A DNA stretch of 64,000 bases from Octopus sinensis (taxonomy: Eukaryota): NCBI RefSeq assembly GCF_006345805.1, contig NC_042998.1, positions 101,246,001 to 101,310,000 on the forward strand. The letters run 5' to 3'. Both the position numbers and the translations under genes were made by a program. Numbering within the stretch: the stretch's first letter is position 1; every line of letters begins with the position of its first letter. The notes below the pieces were generated by a model. It was not told the DNA's origin, did no database searches, and was given only the letters and a program-made list of their open reading frames with translations. Of the stretch, positions 25,947-37,603 are shown in pieces.

Positions 25947-26271
25947 CACGCGGTCTGATCAATAAGTATCGGGGCTGTTGTCATAGCAATGATACTAGAG
26001 CCCATAGAGTGAAGTCGCTTGGTACAGATTGACCTTAAACTCTGTTGTGCATGCGCACTAAATTTTAACATTCTAGCTTACTTCCGCTGTTTACAGCAGT
26101 GCTTGGAAGGAAGGTGAATAGCGTGTGATCGTCGTATTGACCGTGACGTGTGTAGCGTGTGATCATCGCATTGACCACAGTTCAAGGTTAATATGTGCTA
26201 AACGGCTTTACTCTTCGTGCTTTAACCTCGTTACTATAGCAACAGTCCGGATACTTATTGACCAGACCGTA
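25947..26271. mobile_element. Mariner-derived MITE (~325 bp)
   Basis: ~45-bp imperfect TIRs: CGGTCTGATCAATAAGTATCGGGGCTGTTG and CAACAGTCCGGATACTTATTGACCAGACCG. Confidence 0.75.
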
Positions 26272-27561
26272 CACACGCACGCACGCGCGCACGCAATCAT
26301 CGGGTTTATGTGGTAGTAGTGACAGTCATGTTCCACAATTAACCAAAGCTTTGTAAGTTGATTGATAGGCGGAAACTGAAAGAATATATATTTATATATC
26401 TATATGTGTCCTTGTGTCTTTGCTTGTCTCCCCTTCACCGCTTGACAACCGGGGTTGGTGTGTTTATGTCCCCGTCAATTTTAAAATCAATTTTACCCTC
26501 AGAATAAAAGTTGACTCATGGTATACCAATGCTATCCTCAACGAAAACAATTCTCACTTTGTCAGATTTTTATGAAGTTAGGTTAAAGGGCTAGGTCCCT
26601 TTTTATAAAGGTTATCGGTAAGTTTTGGTAAGATTCGCCAATGCGGATCTCCAAAGCTACATCCTTCAATGGTCCTTAATGCAGTCGTCCTCCTCCGAAA
26701 CAAACCCGCCATGCACATCTCCACAGCCATGTCATTTAGAATCCCTAGGATGGGTTAGTGATAGATCGGGATTAGAAGCTGCCTATTAGAGGCTCCCTAG
26801 CCCCCTTCCGTATGGTTAGTCTAGGTTTTAGTTGAAGGCTTAGCTGTGTTCCGAACCTAACCTCCTCCGTTTCAGTGGATCGGGAGCCCAATTAGCCTTC
26901 CGGCGAAAAGGCATACCTATTATATATACCTTAGTTAAACCTTGATGTCTTACGTGCTTCTATGCCTCATGAACTTATAACTATTGACCTTACTGCGTTA
27001 CTTGCTTCAATGCGTCATACTCATAAAATAACTTTGAATGCTGTTTTTTGTGCTCTAATTGCTCTGCCTCTTCGCCGGAATCAGCACTTTTCTTCCCACC
27101 ATTACTATTCACTCATAAGATGAGGAGGTTAGGTGAGGGGGTTGGTGTCAAAAGGGCTGGTATGTGCAACTTGATCACCTCTGCCAGTCAAACTCCCAAC
27201 CCATGGGTTCCTGTCGCGATACTGATTGCACAGAACTCGGTTGGGTGTGAAACAAAAACTCAACAAACGAGATTTATCTGTATTTTCAAAATCATGCTAT
27301 TTTGCGGCCAAATTCGAGTTTTTCGCTTTCTTCTGCTTCCTTTTTTGTCGGACTAATGGCATGTGCACAGTCCCACTAATTTTCCATGATTATGCCGTTC
27401 CAGGTGTGAAAACCGAAGTCCAATGAATATTAATTACTCTCATAAAAAGCTCCAGCAAGCTCATAAACAACAAAACTGGTCCGGGCTGAAATGTGATAGG
27501 AAACTTAGCTCTTGATTTAGTGAGAAATTTTTTCTGCGACCCGGCAACGAACAACAAGCAT

Positions 27562-27598
27562 TAGCACTAGACCCGGCAACACCGGGTCATAGTGCTAG
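27562..27598 (+). mobile_element. Helitron-like 3' terminus
   Basis: GACCCGG-caaca-CCGGGTC hairpin, followed 6 nt later by CTAG and then T. Confidence 0.65.
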
Positions 27599-27653
27599 TA
27601 TTATCATAGATTCGTAAAACATAACATGTATATATATATACGTGTGTGTGTGT

Positions 27654-27692
<39 letters not shown>

Positions 27693-28002
27693 TATAAGAT
27701 ATGGATTCAGAAAATCCTGTGGCTATCAACTTACGGAGTCGGATAACAAATGATATGTTAAGCCAATACAGAGAAATGTAATGGAGAGTGTCTATCCAAC
27801 TGAAAACTAGAAGATCCGATATGTGAAATTATTTTATGAGGAGTATATAAAGTATAAAATGACAGGAGGTTTGAGAGGTGAATATATTTATTTAACCACT
27901 TGATATCTATAGCATTTCGGCCATTTCGCAACCTTCTTCATGTAATAATAATTACAGTGTCGAAGGAATTATGCTTACATGTTTGCTTTAATATGAATAC
28001 TG

Positions 28003-28290
28003 TGAAGGCGCGTGACAAAGTGGTTAGAGTAATCGTTTCAACAGCGTAAGTTATGAGTTCGATAGATGACGGCGCATTGTGTCCTTCAGCAAAATACTGT
28101 ATTTCACGTTGCTCCAGTAAACTTTGCAGGCAAACATGGGTAGTACTGTATTTCAAAGGGCCAGCCCTGTGACATTCTGACTTTCGCTGAGAACTACGTT
28201 GAGAGTATTCCTGTCTGTGGAGTGCTCAGCCACTTGCACGTTAATTTCACCAGTATATTTTTTAGGTTGATCGGGTCGACTGGAACTTTT
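28003..28290 (+). mobile_element. SINE family C copy (degenerate)
   Basis: GAAGGCGCGTGACAAAGTGGTTAGAG head and TATTTCACGTTGCTCCAG core. Confidence 0.65.
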
Positions 28291-28814
28291 GTCATCGTAA
28301 TTGAGTGAGTTAAGTTCTACCCCGTCAGTATATATAAATTTTTACTTGCACCCTTCGTCACATTTCAGTGACAGTGAATTATTTCCGTCTTGAATTGTGT
28401 CTATCCACCTACATTACTTTATACACACACACACACACACACATATATACCTCTCGTTCTGCTCTAACCACCTTCCATGTTTCTTTTCGTTCGATTTTCT
28501 TGTGTGTCTCCACTGCCCTGATTTTGTTCTCAACTTTGACCCTCAATAAATCCTAAATTTTAATTAAGAATTTATGGGAGCAATTGTCTTTGAAGACTCG
28601 TATTGTCGTTGAATGCTCGAAATGAGGAGTAGATAGACAGCCAACAACTGATGAAGGGTCGTTTCTCTGTGTTTACTTGTCCTGTTTCCCATTTTCTGTC
28701 TCGCTGTTTGCGTATTTAATTCGTTTGTTTATGCATCTCATGTTGTTTGCACAGTTAGTACATATATATGCATATACATACATACATACATACATACATA
28801 CATACATACATACA

Positions 28815-28850
<36 letters not shown>

Positions 28851-29267
28851 TATATCAAAATAAGCAACAAAGATATCCAGAAGTAATGCAGAGCAATTCT
28901 CAGCTGCATAAAGACATAAAATTAAGTTAAATTAAAACAGATGGACACATTAATATAATTTTACCTAAAACCGACAAGAAAGTAAGGAGATAGACAAGTA
29001 GTTTCTAAGCTGAAGTGAAGACACCATGTTTTTTTACTATCTCCTTACAGCAGTTTGTGTGTGTGTGAGTGCCTTTCTATTGCCATCCACGTCGCTTGTC
29101 AACTAGTGTTATTCTTTTTTACACTCCCTTAATCTCGCGGAAAGGCAAAGCAACTGACAGAATTAGTACGACACTTCAAAAATATATAATTACCGGGGAT
29201 ATTTGTTGGAGTAAACAATCCTAGTGGCGCCCCTGTATAACTGCAATGCACTGACACACACACATGG

Positions 29268-29309
<42 letters not shown>

Positions 29310-29544
29310 CTCGTGTGAGGAAAATAATTACGTAGCATTCTAGTTTGGATGTTTCTTTCACTACTGACATTATTATTAAATATTTTATTATTATGCACCA
29401 ACTACAGTTTCATTATTATTTAATATTTACTAGAATTTGAAGATTAACGTCCGTAGATTTTATGTTAACCAAATACTGCCACGGGATTTTAAAACCATAA
29501 TGTGTACGCGATTAATGGACGATTGGAAAAGAAAAAAAGTTGCG

Positions 29545-29575
<31 letters not shown>

Positions 29576-29577
29576 AT

Positions 29578-30092
29578 ATTGAGTGACACTGGGGTAAAAT
29601 ATACGAAGCCCAGTACACCCATCATGACAACCCGTCGGATGAGGGTACACCAGGCACATGCAGCACAACCATATGTGCGCAACATGGTGATCTCATATCA
29701 AGATAAACAGCGCATGACCTTGCAGGTGGGGCCCAGTTAGAATTTTCTTCTGGTCGAGTAGCCCATCCCGCTCAAAATGTCCCTGAATAAGGGTTGTTTA
29801 AGAATGTTAAACGAACTATCCATGTTTCCAAAAGTGAATTATCCAAACCTCTAAGAATTCCTTTCAACACACAGCTCTGATGTTCCCCAACTACTTCTGC
29901 TCATGGTCAGAGATGCACATATCGCCAGCCACTAAGGGATATGCTCAACCGGTTAAGTTCAAACAACTGACAAACAAATCTGTGAGCAGAATATTTGCAG
30001 TAGCCCATCTTTTATACCAAGACAAAAGAATGTACATGATAACACTTCCAATCAGTTATGATCAGAAGCCATGAGAGCCACTGTCTGGTACT
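29578..30092 (-). mobile_element. Family E repeat, second copy
   Basis: Reverse complement of 16794-17350, flanked by (TTA)n. Confidence 0.75.
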
Positions 30093-30652
30093 ATTATTAT
30101 TACTATTGTTGTTGTTGTTGCTGTTGTTGTTTTATCGTGAAATCTCGGATGTATTGTAGAATTAGTTAAGTGGTGAAGAGCATACGATTACTTGCCGACA
30201 GACGACGTATGAACGGAAGTCTCCTCTTTATTCCTTTCCCTGTCTCTTTAGAATAGAATCGATTAAGTAAATATGTTTGACCAACATGTAAAAGACAAGA
30301 GAGACTATTCAAGCTGCCTTTCGATCTTTTTTAAACTGAGAGCTGCGTGCTTCAACTGCAAGATCCATTGGCAATAGATGTATGTTTATTAAACGGACGC
30401 ACGTGGATTCATCTTTTAGTGTTAGTAGTATTAGTAGAATTAGTTACAGGTGGATGAGGAAAAAGACTTTTATGTGACATGGGCATAATTTATACATAAT
30501 TAGAAAATTCAATATAAGTTACAGGTTATTGGAAGCGATTTTTACGCAATTTTACTTGAATATCCATACTAGAAAGAAGTTCTAATTCACAGACTAAACA
30601 GAATATGCCAGTCGTGAAGGCAAATACACACACAGACACAGACACACAAATA

Positions 30653-30719
<67 letters not shown>

Positions 30720-31046
30720 ATTTTATATATATGCATATATAGACCTTCACACTACTAGCCCTGCAAACACGCTTTGTTCAACAGCCACAACCACACACAC
30801 ATACACACACAGACGCACACACACACACGTCATCATTGCACACATACACACACACGCAGACCTCCGCGCACGCACATATCCACACTTACACACACATTCT
30901 CCTATCTTTGACTGAACTACTCTTCTGTCTTTGAAAACAACTTTCTTCACCCTTTTCCTTCCGGTCTTTCAAAATGTGACCTCGTGTGTACCGTTGGCGA
31001 TTTTGTGTCCTCTGTCTTCCCTTCTCTGGATCTTTCTTTCTCTTAT

Positions 31047-31081
31047 GTTTCCGACGAAGAGCTCCGCTCGAAACGTTAAAC
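31047..31081 (+). ncRNA. Minimal hammerhead-like motif (U4C variant) in a PLE pLTR-like fragment
   Basis: GTTT-CCGACGA-a-GAGC tcc GCTC-GAAAC-GTT-AAAC: 4-bp stem I, 4-bp stem II and a palindromic AACGTT that could pair only as a dimer. Confidence 0.55.
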
Positions 31082-31332
31082 CCTCCTTCTTTCCTTCTTT
31101 CCTGAGCGTCCAATAATACTATGTTTGTTCCACGTCCTCGCGTTGTTGTGTTTTTTTGTGCTTTCTTGTTTGGATTAACTATATATATGCATATATATAT
31201 ATGCATATGTATCTATATGTATATGCATATATATATATATATGCATATACATATAGATACATATATATATATATATGCATATATATCTATATGTATATGC
31301 TTATATATATATGCATATATAAATATATATGC

Positions 31333-31363
<31 letters not shown>

Positions 31364-31951
31364 CATACACATACATATACAAGATGATTCATTTCGCTGT
31401 TACTCTGGAATTTTCTCCATGCACAAATAGATCACTGGACAAAGTAAAGTGGGTCAGAAAGACAGACCACTTTCCGCAATGAAAGTAGACGATTGCTTTT
31501 ACGATGGTCACCAGTGGGCGGCAGTGTGTAATTAGCTGGCCGTTAGGTGACATTACAATATAATACATACAGGCTTTAGCCATATCTCAGCTGGAAAAAA
31601 TGTGATAAGAAGTGGTGGAAAGAGATGGTAAAGTAGATACCAGCGGATCACAGAAAATTTGTATCTGGTGAGATTGAGAACCGAAGTATAGTAAACTGGT
31701 ATAACAGTGAAAAAGTGGGTAGAGAGGGACAATGCCGTATATTAATGATTGACAAATTCAGTTTCATCTATTAATGAGAATTTCTTCATGGGAAGGTGTT
31801 TATTTAAAGTTGCACGAAACCTCTATGTAAGTACACTCTTGGCTTTGTGGCACGTGACTATATCCGCTTCTTTTATTATATCTGATCTACACACACACAA
31901 ATAGAGAGAAAAGAGGAGAGACAGAAATGGAAAGGGAGAGAGAGAGAGAGA

Positions 31952-31994
<43 letters not shown>

Positions 31995-32151
31995 CAGGCA
32001 GCGCGTTAGTGGACTAGTTCAAAATTTTAGAAAATATAACTTCAATACCCAATAGACCTGACTCGGTCAGTTGCTCTAATTTAGCATTTATTACATTTCA
32101 TCGTCGTCCCAATCATCATCAACATCATCATCGTCATCGTCATCGTCATCG

Positions 32152-32192
<41 letters not shown>

Positions 32193-32814
32193 GTCATCAT
32201 CATCATGGATATCTGTACCGAAACTATTGTGTAGACCAATTATTTTTTGCTCCTATTTGTTAAATAAATCAATATTTTTTGTCACCAAACACATACACAC
32301 AAACAAAAAAAAAACAGTATACAGTTATTTATGGTTAATCGAAAGAAAAAAAATATTACAAAAAAAAACAAACAAAAACAAACCCATTTCAATCACATTC
32401 CCTACGGAACCCTAGCAGTGCTTCGTACGATAAGGGTTACGTACAAACTACAGAAGATGTGATCTTTGTGACAAAAGCGTAAAGTACAAAGATGAGATGA
32501 GTCAGAAAAAAAAAAAAAAAACGTTTGAAAATAACACAATACATCATATTAAACGAGAACAGCTACTTCGATAACGACGAAAGAATATATCAGGACAAAC
32601 CAAACCAAAATGGAAAACGGAAGAATTATATATGTACCTATAGAGTTCTTTAAAAATTGCAAGTCTTTTAAAATGTACGAGAGAATCTTTAGCTGACATC
32701 AGCTGAAAAGTATTATTTATGTATGTGAACAATGACAAATTTGTCAGCGCTGACAGATATATTCTTTTCCTTTGTTATTCTTTTATTATATATTTTGAAA
32801 ATTATTTTACTGGG

Positions 32815-32857
32815 TGTAGGAGTGGCTGTGTGGTAAGTACCTTGAAAGAAGCCCATC

Positions 32858-32902
<45 letters not shown>

Positions 32903-33100
32903 ATGTGTCTGTGTTTGTACCTCCCCAATATCACTTGACAACCGATGCTGATGTGTTTACGTCCCCGTAACTTAACGGTTCGGCAAAAGTGACCGATAGA
33001 ATAAGTACTAGGCTTACATAGAATAAGTCCTGGGGTCGATTTGTTCGACACTAAAGGTGGTGCTCCAGCATGGCCACAGTCAAGTGAAACAAGTGAAACA
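32815..33100 (+). mobile_element. SINE family B copy with an internal deletion
   Basis: GGAGTGGCTGTGTGGTAAGTA head; CTTGACAACCGATGCTG...GGTGCTCCAGCATGGCCACAGTC. Confidence 0.75.
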
Positions 33101-33739
33101 GTAAATATATTCTTTTCTTCTTTTATTGTTTTATTGATTTTATGTTATTGGCTGCAGTCATGGGTCCTTGAACATAGGGTTTAAGCGATATCGAACCAAG
33201 AGTTTCTTCAATTTCTCTTTTTGTTTTTAAGTAATGTTCGTAGGTTATAAAGACAAAGATGAACCAAGATCTCAATAAATGTAACTAAATTGCCACGAGC
33301 TATTCCATTTGATGCTCCACTGATTTTGTCATAATTCCGCTAGCTCGTATATAGAAACCCAGTCTTGTGTATGTGTGTGTTTATGTGCTTGTGTGCCTCT
33401 ATATGTGTGTGTGTATATTTGTGTGTGTGCGTGCGTGTGTGTGTGTGTGTGTATGTGTGTGTGCGTGCGTTCGTTCGTGCGTGTGTGCGTATTGAAGACT
33501 TTAGTGGGTAACTATAGAAGACGTTTAGATAAAGAGACGCCAAGGAAATTCTAACAAAGACGAAACACTTCTAATTCAATACCTTGAAATTTCATTCTCA
33601 CTCTCATGGATTACTGCTTCGGATAATAAATATATACGAATATATATAATAATGTAAGTTTGTATATGTTTGTATGCATGTATAAGAATATAAATGTACA
33701 TATAATCATCCACACACACACACACATACAAAGACAGGC

Positions 33740-33900
33740 GCAGGAGTGGCTGTGTGGTAAAAAGCTTGCTTCCCAGCCACATAGATCCAGGTTCAGTCCC
33801 ACCGGGCGGCACCTTGGGCAAGTGTCTTCTAATATAGCCTCGGACCAACCAAAGCCTAGTGATGGTCGCAGTCAACTGATTGAAACAAGTAAAAGAATAA
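33740..33900 (+). mobile_element. SINE family B copy with an internal deletion
   Basis: GGAGTGGCTGTGTGGTAAAAAGCTTG...GGCACCTTGGGCAAGTGTCTTC joined directly to the 3' tail. Confidence 0.75.
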
Positions 33901-33903
33901 AAG

Positions 33904-33930
<27 letters not shown>

Positions 33931-33938
<8 letters not shown>

Positions 33939-36912
33939 AAAGGGCTTAGTAAAATAAATTACTTTGCCGCATACTGAACTCATTAGAAATAGCAGCTAAA
34001 AAACTTTTTTAAAGCTATTTCTAATACTTAAAGAAAATCTCTCTCATATATAGTGTTTGCTTAATTCAACTCACAAAAGTTTGGGGGTAAGGACATCGAA
34101 AAATCAAATGCTAAGGTTATTCGAGAACGTACGTTTCAAGATTAGTCAAACAACATTTCTATCATCGGCTCAGAAATTCCTTGGTTTGGATTTGGGAACA
34201 CTGAAAATAAGAACATACCCTTTCGAAGATCTGCTCCCAACTAACAGTGCCAACAAATTCAAATAAGCAAGCGAAGAATCTCTGTTCTCCCCTTTCCACC
34301 AGCGTGGGTTAAAATCATCAAAAACTATGCTTATTTCGGTAAAATCCGAAGCATTAATCAGAGGGAGATTAATTATAATTTCAACAATTGAGGGCAAAAT
34401 TAATTTCTGAGCCGATGATAGAAATGTTGTTTTGACTAATCTTGAAACGTACGTTCTCGAATAACCTTAGCATTTGATTTTTCGATGTCCTTACCCCCAA
34501 ACTTTTGTGAGTTGAATTAGCAAACACTATATATGAGAGAGATTTTCTTTAAGTATTAGAAATAGCTGCTTTAAAAAAGTTTTTTAGCTGCTATTTCTAA
34601 TGAGTTCAGTATGCGGCAAAGTAATTTATTTTACTAAGCCCTTTTATATAATGTAATAATTTGAATTCGCCTTGAATGTCCCTTTGCATACTGAACACTT
34701 GGTGAAATTGATTAATAATTAATTAATTTTGCCCTCAATTGTTGAAATTATTAATTAATCTCCCTCTGATTAATGCTTCGGATTTTACCGAAATAAGCAT
34801 AGTGTTTGATGATTTTAACCCACGCTTGTGGAAAGGGGAGAACAGAGATTCTTCGCTTGCTTATTTGAATTTGTTGGCACTGTTAGTTGGGAGCAGATCT
34901 TCGAAAGGGTATTTTCTTATTTTCAGTGTTTCCAAATCCAACCAAGGAATTTCTGAGCCGATGAAAGAAATGTTGTTTTGACTAATCTTGAAACGTACGT
35001 TCTCGAATAACCTTAGCATTTGATTTTTCGATGTCCTTACCCCCCCAAACTTTTGTGAGTTGAATTAAGCAAACACTATATATGAGAATTTTTCTTTAAG
35101 TATTAGAAATAGCTTTAAAAAGTTTTTTAGCTGCTATTTCTAATGAGTTCAGTATGCGGCAAAGTAATTTATTTTACTAAGCCCTTTTATATAATGTAAT
35201 AATTTGAATTCGCCTTGAATGGTCCCTTTGCATACTGAACACTTGGTGAAATTGATTAATAATTATTAATTTTGCCCTCAATTGTTGAAATTATATTAAT
35301 CTCCCTCTGATTAATGCTTCGGATTTTACCGAAATAGCATAGTGTTTGATGATTTTACACCCACGCTGGTGGAAAGGGGAAACAGAGATTCTTCGCTTGC
35401 TTATTTGAATTTGTGGCACTGTTAGTTGGGAGCAGATCTTCGAAAGGGTATTTCTTATTTTCAGTGTTTCCAAATCCAAACCAGGAATTTCTGAGCCGAT
35501 GATAGAAATGTTGTTTTGACTAATCTTGAAACGTACGTTCTCGAATAACCTTAGCATTTGATTTTTCGATGTCCTTACCCCCAAACTTTTGTGAGTTGAA
35601 TTAAGCAAACAATATGAGAGAGATTTTCTTTAAGTATTAGAAATAGCTTTAAAAAAGTTTTTTAGCTGCTATTTCTAATGAGTTCACAGTATGCGGAAAG
35701 TAATTTATTTTACTAAGCCCTTTTATATAATGTTAATAATTTGAATTCGCCTTGAATGGTCCCTTTGCATACTGAACACTTGGTGAAATTGATTAATAAT
35801 TAATTAATTTTGCCCTCAATTGTTGAAATTATAATTAATCTCCCTCTGATTAATGCTTCGGATTTTACCGAAATAAGCATAGTGTTTGATGATTTTAACC
35901 CACGCTGGTGGAAAGGGGAGAACAGAGATTCTTCGCTTGCTTATTTGAATTTGTTGGCACTGTTAGTTGGGAGCAGATCTTCGAAAGGGTATGTTCTTAT
36001 TTTCAGTGTTTCCCCAAATCCAAACCAAGGAATTTCTGAGCCGATATAATAAATGTTGTTTTGACTAATCTTGAAACGTACGTTCTCGAATAACCTTAGC
36101 ATTTGATTTTTCGATGTCCTTACCCCCCCAAACTTTTGTGAGTTGAATTAAGCATAACACTATATATGAGTAGATTTTCTTTAAGTATTAGAAATAGCTT
36201 TAAAAAAGTTTTTTAGCTGCTATTTCTATGAGTTCAGTATGGCGGCAAAGTAATTATTTTACTAGCCCTTTTATATAATGTAATAATTTGAATTCGCCTT
36301 GAATGGTCCCTTTGCATACTGAACACTTGGTGAAATTGATTAATAATTAATTAATTTTGCCCTCATTGTTGAAATTATAATTAATCTCCCTCTGATTAAT
36401 GCTTCGGATTTTAACCGAAATAAGCATAGTGTTTGATGATTTTAACCCACGCTGGTGGAAAGGGGAGAACAGAGATCTCTTCGCTTGCTTATTTGAATTT
36501 GTTGGCACTGTTAGTTGGGAGCAGATCTTCGAAAGGGTATGTTCTTATTTTCAGTGTTTCCAAATCCAAACCAGGAATTTCTGAGCCGATGATAGAAATG
36601 TTGTTTTGACTAATCTTGAAACGTACGTTCTCGAATAACCTTAGCATTTGATTTTTCGATGTCCTTACCCCCAAACTTTTGTGAGTTGAATTAAGCAAAC
36701 ACTAATATGAGAGAATTTTCTTAAGTTAAGAAAAGCTTTAAAAAAGTTTTTTAGCTGCTATTTCTAATGAGTTCAGTATGCGGCAAAGTAATTTATTTTA
36801 CAAGCAGCCCTTTTATATAATGTAATAATTTGAATTCGCCTTGAATGGTCCCTTTGCATACTGACACTTGGTGAAATTGATTAATAATTAATTAATTTTG
36901 CCCTCATTGTTG

Positions 36913-36925
<13 letters not shown>
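33931..36925 (+). mobile_element. Retrozyme-like tandem array: ~4.6 copies of a ~545-bp hammerhead-bearing monomer, preceded by an inverted partial copy, in (TA)n
   Basis: TGAGCCGAT starts at 34408, 34954, 35492, 36037 and 36582. Bases 33931-34403 are a reverse-complement partial monomer. TA tracts lie on both sides. Confidence 0.8.
34408..34459 (+). ncRNA. Hammerhead-like motif (U4C) present once per monomer; also at ~34954, 35492, 36037, 36582 and inverted at 34122-34172
   Basis: TGAG-CCGATGA-tAGA...TCTt-GAAAC-GTAC-GTT-CTCG: 4-bp stem I, 2-bp stem III with a palindromic GTAC loop, short stem II. The core of the 36037 copy is altered. Confidence 0.6.
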
Positions 36926-36995
<70 letters not shown>

Positions 36996-36999
<4 letters not shown>

Positions 37000-37586
37000 A
37001 ATAAATCTCTGAGCGAGATATAAACAGTAACTGCTCTATAACATAAGGGGGATCAGCCATCTGAATGTGGCTAGGGACAGGGCGGGATGGTGGGTGTGTT
37101 ACTGATGCATTTAGCCCCAGGCGATCATCGACGTCACCAGAAGGGCTGACACCATCACGGTGTCCTTGCCAGCCTGCAAAGGGAGATCAGCCTCCCCGAA
37201 GATACGGATACTACATACGGACCGGTTTCGAGGTAATTGCCTCTTATCAACGCATGGTAAGCACCGTTCTTCGTCGAGGGACCTCCTCTACAGGCTGGAT
37301 ATATATGGATTTTCACAGTAAACACATTTACTGATGTAGAAAAACCGTTCGATAACAATAATAAATCTCTGAGCGAGATATATACAGTAACTGCTCTATA
37401 ACATAAGGGGGATCAGCCATCTGAATGTGGCTAGGGACAGGGCGTGCAGGCTGGCAAGGACACCGTGATGGTGTCAGCCCTTCTGGTGACGTCGATGATC
37501 GCCTGGGGCTAAATGCATCAGTAACACACCCACCACCCCGCTCTGTCCCTAGCCACATTCAGATGGCTGATCCCCCTTATGTTATA
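36996..37586 (-). mobile_element. Retrozyme-like insert: 1.25 copies of a 360-bp monomer plus an inverted partial copy, in (TA)n
   Basis: CAATAATAAATCTCTGAGC recurs at 36996 and 37356. Bases 37445-37586 are the reverse complement of ~37038-37178. Confidence 0.8.
37214..37256 (-). ncRNA. Minimal type I hammerhead ribozyme (U3-A8 variant)
   Basis: CATGCG-TTGATAA-GAGG caatta CCTC-GAAA-CCGG-TC-CGTATG: 6-bp stem I with one G-U, 4-bp stem II, palindromic ACCGGT, GUC triplet. Confidence 0.85.
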
Positions 37587-37603
37587 TATATATATATATA
37601 TTA

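Noticed and set aside
28590-28670. TTGAAGA...CTCGAAA and CTGATGAAGGG strings
   Set aside because: The core halves do not assemble into paired stems.
34170-36698. Repeated 60-105 aa ORFs (MLNSTHKS..., MPSIVEII...)
   Set aside because: They occur on both strands of a non-coding tandem unit, are broken by indels between copies, and have no recognisable motifs.
33931-36925. CRISPR array or ordinary satellite
   Set aside because: The units are ~545 bp with no repeat-spacer alternation. The ribozyme motif and inverted leader fit a retro-derived array better.
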